DNA of 51,082 nt from a virus (lineage: Duplodnaviria; Caudoviricetes), in the IMG/VR virus record IMGVR_UViG_3300036859_000729, positions 1-51,082 of that record; one strand, given 5' to 3'. Below, one piece after another: positions 16,174-24,864 of this stretch (positions are counted from its first letter, which is position 1; every line of letters starts with the position of its first letter). Both the position numbers and the translations under genes were made by a program. The notes beneath the pieces are model-generated. The model worked only from the letters and a program-made list of their open reading frames with translations, searched no databases and was not told where the DNA came from.

Positions 16174-17030
16174 AGAACCCGACCATCTCGGAACTCTCCA
16201 CCCTCGCCACCACGCTGACCCGTTGCTTCGGCCGGGCGTGGATCGCCGGGGGGTGTCTCCGCGACATCATTCACAACAAGCCGGTGAAGGACATTGATGT
16301 GTTCCTGCCGGACTATCCCACCTACGCGCAGAGGGAGAAGCTCTATGAGGCGTTGACGGGCTACCCGCCGATTTCGGTTAAGGGGCCGGGGCGACTTCCC
16401 TACGATACGCCGGCGCTCCCGGGGCTTTGGAACAACTTCGAGCACGAGGTGGATTACGACGCGGAGCAAATCCTCAACGTCTACAGCGGCGGGCCGACGT
16501 GGCACGGGCTTTCCCTTCAACTCATTCAGGTGTTCGACGAGGACGTCACTCCTCTCTCTATCGTGCGCAAGTTCGACATCGACTTGTGCAAGATCTACCT
16601 GCACGGGGCCAGGGTAGTGGGGCTGCCGGAGTTCCATCGCGACTCGACGGAGAGACGGATCACGGTCCACCAAGACCTCGCCAGGACGGAGGATCACCTC
16701 GATCGACTCGTGGAGAAGTACCCGGCGCGGGAAGGGTGGAGAGTGAGGAAGGTGGGGGAGGGCGCGATACTCAAAATCACCGCCCTGAAGGGCGTCCTGA
16801 ATAGAGGGAAGGCCTCGCTTGGGAACTTGGTGATCCCACGTGCGGAACCCACCGATACCCCACGTGCCAAATCGCCGCCTCCCTTCCGGACCTGCAGGGA
16901 GTGGCTTGCCATCATCCGCCTGAAACGCGGCCAAGATCGCCTCGACGAGTGGGTGGAGTACGCTGAAGGCAGCTACACTTGGGACTTCTGTTCTTCCGTC
17001 ATCCCCGTGCCGGTGGGAGAGGCGCCGTGA
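16170..17030 (+). CDS. Class II nucleotidyltransferase (CCA-adding/poly(A) polymerase head domain)
   Basis: AWIAGGCLRDII...KDIDVF = GG.xRD...DxD signature; FDIDLC resembles the RDF motif region. Confidence 0.75.
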   Translation: MKNPTISELSTLATTLTRCFGRAWIAGGCLRDIIHNKPVKDIDVFLPDYPTYAQREKLYEALTGYPPISVKGPGRLPYDTPALPGLWNNFEHEVDYDAEQILNVYSGGPTWHGLSLQLIQVFDEDVTPLSIVRKFDIDLCKIYLHGARVVGLPEFHRDSTERRITVHQDLARTEDHLDRLVEKYPAREGWRVRKVGEGAILKITALKGVLNRGKASLGNLVIPRAEPTDTPRAKSPPPFRTCREWLAIIRLKRGQDRLDEWVEYAEGSYTWDFCSSVIPVPVGEAP

Positions 17031-17215
17031 CCGCCGCAAGAATCTTCACCATCCTCCTTTCCATCGGCTTCATCGTCGCGGTCTGCCTCACCGCGGTGTA
17101 CTACCTGGGGGAGTTGCAAGCCAGCTGGCGCAGGGTCCGGGCAGAGATGAGGTGGCAGGCGTGGAAGCGCAACCACCTCGTCACCATTCAGACGAAGCCT
17201 TGGTGGAGGTTCTGA
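17027..17215 (+). CDS. Small membrane protein
   Basis: GTGA overlap; N-terminal TM helix; ends KPWWRF. Confidence 0.6.
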   Translation: MTAARIFTILLSIGFIVAVCLTAVYYLGELQASWRRVRAEMRWQAWKRNHLVTIQTKPWWRF

Positions 17216-17282
17216 CCCGCCGCGCGACTCCAGCGACATGCCCCCTCCCGGGCATGTCAGTGTGGTCGAGAAGGAGAACAAT

Positions 17283-17495
17283 GTGACGGTGATAAGGCAG
17301 GCAGTGGATGACGCAGCGTTCTGGAGGCAGTACATCTGCCTCGACTGCGGAGCCACGGAAGATGATGAGGATGAGGGGATTGAGGAAGCTCTCGAACTCA
17401 CGCAGCTGTGTGAGTGCGGGGGGACGCTCCGCCGCTCCCTCACCGTCCTCGAAATCCTGGATAAGGTGGAACCAAATGAACCTTCCTCCAATTAA
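17283..17495 (+). CDS. Small Zn-ribbon protein
   Basis: Hairpin + AAGGAG SD; CLDC...CEC; start position uncertain. Confidence 0.5.
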   Translation: MTVIRQAVDDAAFWRQYICLDCGATEDDEDEGIEEALELTQLCECGGTLRRSLTVLEILDKVEPNEPSSN

Positions 17496-18540
17496 GCTGA
17501 GCAAGTACTTCGGCGCCGCCCTTGACGGGAAGACGGATGACACGAAGGCACTCCAACTGGCCCTCGCGGTGGGAGGGGACCTAGGGCAAGATGTCGTCAT
17601 CCCGGCCGGGGTCACGGTGGCTTACAGCTCGGCTCTCGACATCACAGGGATCGAGCTGGTCGGCGGGATCGGAGCGACTCTCCACGCCCTCGCCGCGGAC
17701 AACATTGCGCTCATCCTCAATGGGACGGAGCCTGCCGTCCGCAATCTGCGCCTGACGGGGATCAAGCCTCCGGGGCGACTGAGGAGTGGAGTGAGCGCCC
17801 GTGTCTTCGTGCGCGGGGCGAGCGATTTCACCGTCAGCGGAATGAGGATTGAGTCAGGGGCCAGCTCTGGCATCTTGATGGAAGAAGCAAGCAGTGGCAC
17901 TGTCTCCGAGAATTCGATCGGCGGCCAGCTTGCCGACTTCATCCACATCTCGAATCGAAGCCACGATATTCTCGTCGAGGAGAACACCTGCGACGGGGCC
18001 ACCAATGACCCCGGGACAGGAGATGATGGCATCGCGGTGGTGAGCTATCGTCGCCAGGGCGCCGTCTGTTACAGCATCGTGGCGAGGCGGAATACGATTC
18101 GCAACCTCAAGGGCGGCCGGGCGATGTCCATCGTGGGTGGGAGCCACGTCACCTACGAGAACAACATGCTGACGAACAACCCGCACGCAGCTGGGCTGTA
18201 CATCTGCCGCGAGAAGGGCTACGACACGTTCGGAGTGACAAGTGTGACGGCGTTCCGAAATACCCTCGTCGACTGCGGGAACTCCGCAGAGCGCGATCAC
18301 CCCGCCATCATGCTTTTCACGGATGATGTGGAGCCGAACCGTGATGTAAGCATCGTGGGGAATCTCGTCCTCTTCACGGAGAAGCTCGCGTCGCGGGACG
18401 GAGTGTTTCTCTACGGCCAGCGACAGACCGAGGTCCGCGTCGAGGGAAACCTCGTGGTCGGAGCGAGGAAAGACTATCGCATTGGGACCCCAGGGGTGTC
18501 TGTTGTGGCGTATTCCTCTGGGGCTGTGGGGGTGATATGA
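17476..18540 (+). CDS. Right-handed parallel beta-helix protein (pectin lyase-like), no virion anchor
   Basis: FGA..DGKTDDTKALQ.A N-cap; repeated ..N.I.. rungs; TGDDGIAV. Confidence 0.8.
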   Translation: MNLPPIKLSKYFGAALDGKTDDTKALQLALAVGGDLGQDVVIPAGVTVAYSSALDITGIELVGGIGATLHALAADNIALILNGTEPAVRNLRLTGIKPPGRLRSGVSARVFVRGASDFTVSGMRIESGASSGILMEEASSGTVSENSIGGQLADFIHISNRSHDILVEENTCDGATNDPGTGDDGIAVVSYRRQGAVCYSIVARRNTIRNLKGGRAMSIVGGSHVTYENNMLTNNPHAAGLYICREKGYDTFGVTSVTAFRNTLVDCGNSAERDHPAIMLFTDDVEPNRDVSIVGNLVLFTEKLASRDGVFLYGQRQTEVRVEGNLVVGARKDYRIGTPGVSVVAYSSGAVGVI

Positions 18541-18755
18541 GCAAGCAGATATACGTTCCCGCCGGTAGTGTGCACGCTTGGGTGGTGATCAGTCTGTGGG
18601 TTGTGGCCCTGCTCTGCGTGCTGGTGGGCGGTCCAATAGCGTGGTTCGTGTACGGCTCACAGGCGTTCGCTGGCTGGGCTTTCCTTGGATTGATGATCTC
18701 TGCGGCAGCAGGCCCAGTCACGATCGTCGATCCGGATGACGAGCGGCTCGGATAA
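18537..18755 (+). CDS. Two-TM membrane protein
   Basis: Two hydrophobic helices; ATGA overlap. Confidence 0.65.
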   Translation: MSKQIYVPAGSVHAWVVISLWVVALLCVLVGGPIAWFVYGSQAFAGWAFLGLMISAAAGPVTIVDPDDERLG

Positions 18756-18772
18756 CCAAACAAGGATCCCCC

Positions 18773-19345
18773 ATGACCACGCAGGAAGTGCCCGAGCTGC
18801 CGCCTTTGCCGGGCGGGTTCTTTCACGCAATCGGCATGCTCACAAAAGAGCAGTGCGATGCGCTCACCCACGTCCAAATGGTCGAAGTGCTGCGTAGGCG
18901 TGGCGATCACCTGAGCAATGCCGCGGCAGATTCAATCGCGTATCTCTCGGCGCAGGACGGGTTGATTGAGCGGGCCCAAGGCGAGGCTGAGAAGCTGTCG
19001 GCTGAGTTGGCAGAGGTCAAGCGCCCCCTCGATGAGCAGATGGCGCGCCTAAACGCGCGCGTGGTCGAACTGAACCAAGCCCTCACACAAGCAGTAGCAG
19101 ATGCGCAGCGGTGGTTTCCGATGCAGCACGGCCCATCAATCCCGTGGAAGCTGGCCGAGGCCATCTATGCCGGCTATTCCGCCCAGTACGGCACGCAGCA
19201 GTCGCTGGAGCGGCTAGCCGATCGGGGCGGGTTCTCATGGGGAGAGGTTGAAGTCCTCTACAAAGACCGGCACAACGACTACCAGATGCGTCGTGCGATG
19301 GACGCTGCTATCGAAGCAATGCGACAAGGAGCACAGCATAAGTGA
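18773..19345 (+). CDS. Mosaic hypothetical protein (coiled-coil + SLERLADRGG module)
   Basis: AAGGA SD; first gene of the accessory island. Confidence 0.7.
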   Translation: MTTQEVPELPPLPGGFFHAIGMLTKEQCDALTHVQMVEVLRRRGDHLSNAAADSIAYLSAQDGLIERAQGEAEKLSAELAEVKRPLDEQMARLNARVVELNQALTQAVADAQRWFPMQHGPSIPWKLAEAIYAGYSAQYGTQQSLERLADRGGFSWGEVEVLYKDRHNDYQMRRAMDAAIEAMRQGAQHK

Positions 19346-19716
19346 GGGCATTCAAAGCGATTCTGCTTGCGGGCGCTTTAGCCGGGTGCAGCGATGCAGA
19401 CGTAGCGTCAAGCAACCTATCCAAGGCAGCAGACCAGTTCGAGATCACACGCCGCATCGTGTTCTACAACGGCATCACGGGCGATTACATGCTGACCATC
19501 ACTGGTCTCTGCTCGCTCGGGAACAACGACCAAGCCCGCAAGTTGTCGGTCACATGCAAGACCGGACCGAACGCCTTCAAGAAGCATTTCCTCGGCTTGT
19601 CGGACAACGTGACTTTCTTTGTCGAGCAGATCGAGCCAAGCGCCGCGAGTCCATACCAGTACCGCGTGGTGTTCAAGCCGTTGGCGATCATCCCCGATGT
19701 CGAGATTCGGAAATAA
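19342..19716 (+). CDS. Phage lipoprotein
   Basis: Lipobox LAG-C after a hydrophobic signal; ADVAS.NLS..AD.FEI.RRIVFYNGIT pattern. Confidence 0.8.
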   Translation: MRAFKAILLAGALAGCSDADVASSNLSKAADQFEITRRIVFYNGITGDYMLTITGLCSLGNNDQARKLSVTCKTGPNAFKKHFLGLSDNVTFFVEQIEPSAASPYQYRVVFKPLAIIPDVEIRK

Positions 19717-19718
19717 CC

Positions 19719-20321
19719 ATGGATAACCGCGATCCCGTCCGAGCCGAGGTTGGGCCAGAAGGAGACAACCAACCGTCATGCACACCTGAAGGGTTGGTGA
19801 GGCGACTTGGATCGCTGCATGCACTGCTGCGTGACCAATCGGATTGGGCGCCGTTTGTCAAACTGCAAGCGGTCAGAACAGTTGCGGACGCAATCGATGT
19901 GCTCAAAATGGCCGCTGCTCGGGCTGCTATCTCTACACCAGCCCCTTCTTTGGGAAATGAGACCGAGCGCGCTGGCGAAGGCGTGCAGCGGCCACTTCCA
20001 CCACCAGACGGCTCTGGACACAGCAGTCGATGGACATACGGCAATCCAGGATCGAAGCACTTGCCGCCAACTGCTGAAGCTCTCTACACCAGCGCTTCGC
20101 TTCTACGGTACGTCGGGCACCTCCAGGCGAAGATCGACGCCTTGATGCTTGAATACTGCCCGTCAGAAATGACGCAAAGCCAGATTGCAGAGTGGCAAGC
20201 GCACCAGCGCCCGTGTAGCGCTGAGACGCAGCAAGCCGTAGCCGAAGCGCTCCGCTCAGATGAACAAGAAACAAGGGCCGGTCCTCCAAAGGAGCCGCCG
20301 CCAATTAAGGAGACGCGATGA
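19719..20321 (+). CDS. Mosaic hypothetical protein
   Basis: Modules joined by a TERAGEGVQRP linker; C-terminal LQAKIDALMLEYCP module. Confidence 0.65.
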   Translation: MDNRDPVRAEVGPEGDNQPSCTPEGLVRRLGSLHALLRDQSDWAPFVKLQAVRTVADAIDVLKMAAARAAISTPAPSLGNETERAGEGVQRPLPPPDGSGHSSRWTYGNPGSKHLPPTAEALYTSASLLRYVGHLQAKIDALMLEYCPSEMTQSQIAEWQAHQRPCSAETQQAVAEALRSDEQETRAGPPKEPPPIKETR

Positions 20322-20644
20322 GCCGCCACTTCAACAAACTCACCCCGGCCGAAGCCGAACTGCTGGCACTACTTGCTGAGGAATGCGGCGAGGTCGTGCA
20401 GGTCATTGGCAAGATCCTACGGCACGGCCTGGAGAGTACGCACCCGAACGCGGCGCCAATCGAGACGAACCGCTACCTCTTGCAAAAGGAGTGCGGCGAC
20501 CTGTGGGCTGCGATGGATCTGTTGGCGGCAAACGGCGTGATCGACAGCAAGGCGGTGGCACAACACAGCACGTACAAGCTGCGCCGCGTGTTCCAGTACC
20601 TGCACCACAACAAGCAGCTTCAGTCTGCCGAGGAGACGCGATGA
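20318..20644 (+). CDS. MazG-like NTP pyrophosphohydrolase
   Basis: LAEECGEVVQ..K..R.G...KECGDL = EExxE...ExxD motif. Confidence 0.75.
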   Translation: MSRHFNKLTPAEAELLALLAEECGEVVQVIGKILRHGLESTHPNAAPIETNRYLLQKECGDLWAAMDLLAANGVIDSKAVAQHSTYKLRRVFQYLHHNKQLQSAEETR

Positions 20645-21342
20645 GCGCAGAACAAAGAGAAGCACACACGCACGCAACCGCGACGATCACGCTGCCTCGC
20701 CCGGCCGAAGGGTGGCGATACATGCTGACGCGAGATGCACCCCTCCCAGGGGTGCAGGCCGATCCCACAGAGGGCAATTGGATCGCGGCTGATGACTACT
20801 ACCGGAACGTCAAGGAACTGGACGAAGCCCTAAACGGCCCAGGCGGCGCCACACGTCCGCTGTTGATCGATGTCCTGTCTCAGGTGCAGGCGATCGTGAG
20901 GAAAACGGGCAAGCCGCTTCTCGCGCATACAGCAGAGCCTCCCATCAATGCAGCAGCGCAGGAAGGGGACGAAAGTCCAGAACGCTGTTTCCGTTCTCCT
21001 GCCAGCCTTCCTGCTGCTGCTGCACCCAATGAGCTTGTAGCGCCTCTGCCGTCTGCCGACATTGCCATGCTTCGCTCAATGTTCCCTGTGACCGCGGCTG
21101 GCAAGCTGAAGTTGCATCTAGACCGTGAGGCAATCGATAACATGCACGCCCTCATTGATCGCCTTGAGCTGGCAGTGCGCGCATCGCCTGTGCCCAAGTT
21201 GGATGTGCAGCCGTGCGCTCTGTGCCATACGAACGAGACCGGCTACGTCTGCACTGGCGCTTGCAATGAATGGTCGGAGCCATCGCCGCAGAAGGCCGGC
21301 GGTACTGTGCACTGCCCTATCTGCGGGAAGGTCTGGAAATGA
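20641..21342 (+). CDS. Mosaic hypothetical protein with C-terminal Cys cluster
   Basis: ATGA overlap; CALC...C...C...CPIC. Confidence 0.65.
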   Translation: MSAEQREAHTHATATITLPRPAEGWRYMLTRDAPLPGVQADPTEGNWIAADDYYRNVKELDEALNGPGGATRPLLIDVLSQVQAIVRKTGKPLLAHTAEPPINAAAQEGDESPERCFRSPASLPAAAAPNELVAPLPSADIAMLRSMFPVTAAGKLKLHLDREAIDNMHALIDRLELAVRASPVPKLDVQPCALCHTNETGYVCTGACNEWSEPSPQKAGGTVHCPICGKVWK

Positions 21343-21806
21343 CGCTCAAGCCAGACTCGCGCGCCGTGTTGCCTTCGCCGCAGTCGCTGAAGCCGTGCGC
21401 CCACTGCGGATCACCGGCCTACATGCTCAAGGGCGATGTTGACTTCAATGTCAAGTGCACGAACGGCGACTGTCAGATGGCCTCACCGCGCACGATCATG
21501 AGTCGGATGGCTGCTGAAATCTGGAACGCGCGCGCACCTCAGGCTGTGGATGCGCCCGAAGAAATTCACTCGTGCAGCTACTTCTGCGAACGGCCGGCTT
21601 GCATCAAAGCGCAGAGGGACGAACTGCGGGATAGGGCTGTGGATGCACCTGTGGCCTTGCGTGAAATCACGGACGAAGAGCGCCAGTTCCTGTCCTACAA
21701 CCCGAACACGGATGACCTAGTTGTATGGATTCAGGACTACGCAAGCGAGGCGGTACGGTCTGCGCTATCCCAAGAGCGGCCCAATGAAGGGGGAGCAGAT
21801 GTCTGA
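21339..21806 (+). CDS. Lar (restriction alleviation)-like Zn-ribbon mosaic protein
   Basis: LKPCAHCG...VKC...C...AAEIWNAR matches the Lar-family pattern. Confidence 0.65.
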   Translation: MTLKPDSRAVLPSPQSLKPCAHCGSPAYMLKGDVDFNVKCTNGDCQMASPRTIMSRMAAEIWNARAPQAVDAPEEIHSCSYFCERPACIKAQRDELRDRAVDAPVALREITDEERQFLSYNPNTDDLVVWIQDYASEAVRSALSQERPNEGGADV

Positions 21807-22254
21807 ATGCGCCAAATGCGAGGAACTGAAGGCGAAGGCAACTGAGGTCATTAGGCAGTGTCACCTTGCCGGCTTGAATGGCCACACCAACGCCTGCAAC
21901 AAGGACCCGCGAGGGTGCTGGAATGTTCGGTGCCAACTCGGGAAGCAATGCATTCAGGAAGATTTGACCGAGCGCGCCGGCGAAGCGGTTCAGCGGCCTG
22001 TGCCTGCGCCTTTTTCGTTCGATGTTTGGACTGATGCGGTCTGGGCGGCGATGCGCGATCTAGCCCAAGAAGACACGGCTGTGAAGATGCTGAACGCTCA
22101 CACCGTGCGCGAATTCTGCAAGGCGTCATGGGTTGCGCTGTCGAAGGCCGGCGGTCTGCCATCCGATCCGAGGGCTTCGGATCATTTGACCGAGCAACAG
22201 CGGCAGGCAATCACGGACGCAAACGCTGGCCGCATGGACATCGATGATGATTAG
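21799..22254 (+). CDS. Mosaic hypothetical protein
   Basis: Cys-rich N-terminal module, TERAGEAVQRP linker, helical module. Confidence 0.6.
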   Translation: MSECAKCEELKAKATEVIRQCHLAGLNGHTNACNKDPRGCWNVRCQLGKQCIQEDLTERAGEAVQRPVPAPFSFDVWTDAVWAAMRDLAQEDTAVKMLNAHTVREFCKASWVALSKAGGLPSDPRASDHLTEQQRQAITDANAGRMDIDDD

Positions 22255-22651
22255 CCCTCTGTGCAAGTGCCAACCACCGAGTTGGGACGATCCGCACGAC
22301 TACCTGTGCAGTTGGTGCCAAGAGCAGGCCGACCGCGAGCACACCGGTGCCGACCAGATCGAGGCGCAGCAGGACATCGAAGCCGATAGCGCTCGGTCAG
22401 ATAACAAAGGTCAAAAATCTGTTCTACCCGAAGCGCCGAAGGCCCCTGAGTGGATTCCAGTGTCAGAGCGGTTGCCTGAGCCAGGCCAGCATGTCTTGGC
22501 GTTCTGGCCTGGGATCGAGGGCGATGACGATGTGTTGATGGTTGACTGGCGCAGCAAGGTCACAAGCGAGTGGGTCGAGACAGAGCCAACGCATTGGATG
22601 CATTTACCCGCTGCACCAATTACAGAGGAAGCGCCAAAGGAGACAGAGTGA
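22244..22651 (+). CDS. DUF551-domain mosaic protein
   Basis: WIPVSERLPE....VL...PTHWMHLP.AP. Confidence 0.75.
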   Translation: MMISPLCKCQPPSWDDPHDYLCSWCQEQADREHTGADQIEAQQDIEADSARSDNKGQKSVLPEAPKAPEWIPVSERLPEPGQHVLAFWPGIEGDDDVLMVDWRSKVTSEWVETEPTHWMHLPAAPITEEAPKETE

Positions 22652-22896
22652 ACCTCGCAGAACGAATTCGCAAGGCAGCGTTAGGGCCAACGCCGAGAGA
22701 TTCGCAATGGCTGCATGGGTGGGTTGGCATTCACACTGCAGAGCACAAGGCGCTGATTGAACACATCGGATTCAAAACCCCGGGGGTAACGGCATTCACT
22801 AATCGCGGCATCAACGAAAACGTGCGCCGAATGTTCCTGCTGTTCGTCGCTGAAGCAATCGGGGAATCAGGCGAAGCGCCGAAGGAGAGAGAGTGA
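22648..22896 (+). CDS. Hypothetical protein
   Basis: AAGGAG SD; GTGA overlap inside a junction repeat. Confidence 0.6.
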   Translation: MNLAERIRKAALGPTPRDSQWLHGWVGIHTAEHKALIEHIGFKTPGVTAFTNRGINENVRRMFLLFVAEAIGESGEAPKERE

Positions 22897-23162
22897 CCGG
22901 CTGTCCAATTTACTGCGCTTACTGTCAGCGCCCAATCGGTGGGTCGGCTGTGTGGTGCGGCTCGTTTCCGTACCACGAGGAATGCACGCGCGGGCCTGCT
23001 TATCAGCCGCGCTACTACACCCCGGTCGGAGCGGGCGACGGCAACACGTTCATCCCGCGACAACTTACCGAAGCCGAAGTGCGCCGCATCGTTCGCGAAG
23101 AACTTGCACGCATGGAATCAGGCGAGAGCGCACCTACTGCCCAACCAACGGAGAAATCATGA
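22893..23162 (+). CDS. Hypothetical Zn-finger protein
   Basis: CAYC...H..C; LTEAEVRRIVREEL. Confidence 0.65.
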   Translation: MTGCPIYCAYCQRPIGGSAVWCGSFPYHEECTRGPAYQPRYYTPVGAGDGNTFIPRQLTEAEVRRIVREELARMESGESAPTAQPTEKS

Positions 23163-23368
23163 GCGTCCGAATCAAGGCAGAGCAAGTCGTCAGGATCATC
23201 GAGCAAGGCTTGTCAGGTGGCTGGCAGTACGAAGCCAGCTACCGACACACGCTGCAGTCGATGATCCACGATCTTGCTGGTGCAAACCTGCCACCCGAGT
23301 GCAGCCTATCAGCGGCCACGAACTACCTGCTCATGTTGTGGCTTGCTCGCGGCAGCTACGCCGAGTGA
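23159..23368 (+). CDS. Hypothetical protein
   Basis: GGAG SD; ATGA overlap. Confidence 0.55.
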   Translation: MSVRIKAEQVVRIIEQGLSGGWQYEASYRHTLQSMIHDLAGANLPPECSLSAATNYLLMLWLARGSYAE

Positions 23369-23401
23369 TGGGCGAGAGCGCACCTACTGGTAGCCAGACC
23401 A

Positions 23402-23605
23402 ATGGTTGAACGCATTGACCCGGATCGCATTGAAGTGCTCGGCGGCGAGCCCGGCGACAAGGAGCGCTTTCTGCGCAGCGACTACCTGATCCGCAGCGGC
23501 ATGTGCCCCAACGGCCACGGGTTGATGACTCTTGGCGGCTGGGGGCAGGAGTGCCCGACGTGCGGCTTTACGTGCAACACGCTACCTGAGTTGGACGCGC
23601 AATGA
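23402..23605 (+). CDS. Small Zn-ribbon protein
   Basis: CPNGH...CPTC. Confidence 0.6.
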   Translation: MVERIDPDRIEVLGGEPGDKERFLRSDYLIRSGMCPNGHGLMTLGGWGQECPTCGFTCNTLPELDAQ

Positions 23606-23838
23606 ACCACATCACCGTTGTCGCACACGGGGCGCCCGGCTCATTCGTCAGGCGCGTGCAGGAGAACCCAAGCATTGCCGTTGATCTGCTGGACGCATTG
23701 ATGCACGTCCACGCATACGACAGCGCAAGTCTGGGCGCTATCGGCGAAGCGCTTGTGCGCCGTGCCATCCAGCAGGCAACCGAAGGCAAACCGTACTACG
23801 GGCCCGAATCGGGCGCACCTACTGGGGACAAGGGCTGA
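23602..23838 (+). CDS. Hypothetical protein
   Basis: ATGA overlap; ends in junction repeat ESGAPTG. Confidence 0.6.
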   Translation: MNHITVVAHGAPGSFVRRVQENPSIAVDLLDALMHVHAYDSASLGAIGEALVRRAIQQATEGKPYYGPESGAPTGDKG

Positions 23839-23873
23839 CGCGTCAAACCCACCCGGGCGGGATCACATCTTAC

Positions 23874-23902
23874 TTGACGCACACCCCCACCCATGCCACA
23901 AT
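23874..23902 (+). promoter_or_regulatory. Sigma70 promoter with extended -10
   Basis: TTGACG-17 nt-CACAAT with TGn before the -10; upstream CACATCTTAC shared with the 14126 promoter. Confidence 0.65.
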
Positions 23903-23973
23903 TCGATTCGCGGCTCCATCGCGGGCATGCCGCAACCCAAATGCCCGCATCAACTGACTGAAGGAAAAGCAAC

Positions 23974-24606
23974 ATGGCAAGCGAAGATAACACCGCAACG
24001 GCCCCTGCGAAGGCCAAGACGGAGTACGAGAAGGTCGTGATGGCGGATGGCCGGGAGGTCGAGTTCCCGGGCAAACGCCAGATCTTGAAAACCGTGACGA
24101 TCGATGAGGCCGCTGCGACGGTCGCCGTCCGCTTCGACTTCCGCAACGGCAAGGTGCTGAGCCTCGGCTCCACCGAACTGGGCGCAGTCACGCAGCTGCA
24201 ATCGCTGGGGCACGGCCTGGCGCAGAAGTGCGGCGACGAGGCCGCGGGAGAGAAGAAGATCGACGACATCGTCGCCGCGGTCGAAGACATGATGGGTCGC
24301 CTCCGCAAGGGCGAGTGGAACGTGCCTCGCCAGCCGGGCGACTCGTTCTCCGGCACCAGCGTGGTCATCCGCGCCGTGGCCGAGGTGACGGGCAAGTCGG
24401 CCGAGGACGTGAAGGCGTTCCTGCAGGGCAAGCTGGACAAGGCGAAGGCCGAGGGCAAGGCGCTCTCGCGTCAGGAACTCTACGCCTCGTTCCGCAAGCC
24501 GGGTACGCGGACGGCCGAGGTCATTCGCCGGATCGAGGAAGAGGACGCGGCCGGCAAGACCACCAAGGTCTCGGCAGACGATCTCCTGGGCGAACTCACG
24601 GCGTAG
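23974..24606 (+). CDS. Hypothetical protein, probably highly expressed (paralog of 13299..13868)
   Basis: Own promoter, leader hairpin, AAGGA SD, strongly biased codons; ends SADDLLGELTA. Confidence 0.85.
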   Translation: MASEDNTATAPAKAKTEYEKVVMADGREVEFPGKRQILKTVTIDEAAATVAVRFDFRNGKVLSLGSTELGAVTQLQSLGHGLAQKCGDEAAGEKKIDDIVAAVEDMMGRLRKGEWNVPRQPGDSFSGTSVVIRAVAEVTGKSAEDVKAFLQGKLDKAKAEGKALSRQELYASFRKPGTRTAEVIRRIEEEDAAGKTTKVSADDLLGELTA

Positions 24607-24610
24607 GCTC

Positions 24611-24810
24611 GGAGTCTGCGGAAAGGGGAGGGCCCGAGGCGCCCCTTTTCGGAGGCTCTCGCAGCTCAGTGCTAGCAACCACAGGCTGATGCCGCCGGTT
24701 GCAGGCGACTGCGGAGTCCTCAAGTCAGCCGGGCTTTGGTTCGCGAGGCCTTTCTCCCGGCTGGCGGTCGCCGCCCCGAGGGTCGCTCCCTCGGTGGCCG
24801 GTGGCTTGGG
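24611..24810 (+). ncRNA. Candidate structured RNA (four consecutive hairpins)
   Basis: Stems at 24611-24659, 24675-24702, 24724-24765, 24767-24805; no convincing ORF. Confidence 0.35.
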
Positions 24811-24864
24811 CGGGGGTGGTTACAAAGAAAGGTAAGGATTGCCGCAAATTCGGAGACCTCTTAG

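Noticed and set aside
18773-23838. CRISPR array or integron attC array
   Set aside because: The repeats fall into several different families, are irregularly spaced, lie within coding sequence and are not palindromic; no cas or integron integrase gene is present.
24684-24720. Resemblance to twister/hammerhead ribozyme cores (CTGATG..., GGTTGCAGGC...GCGGAG)
   Set aside because: Lacks CUGANGA/GAAA for a hammerhead and the UA cleavage site and P4 pairing for a twister; kept only as a generic structured-RNA candidate.
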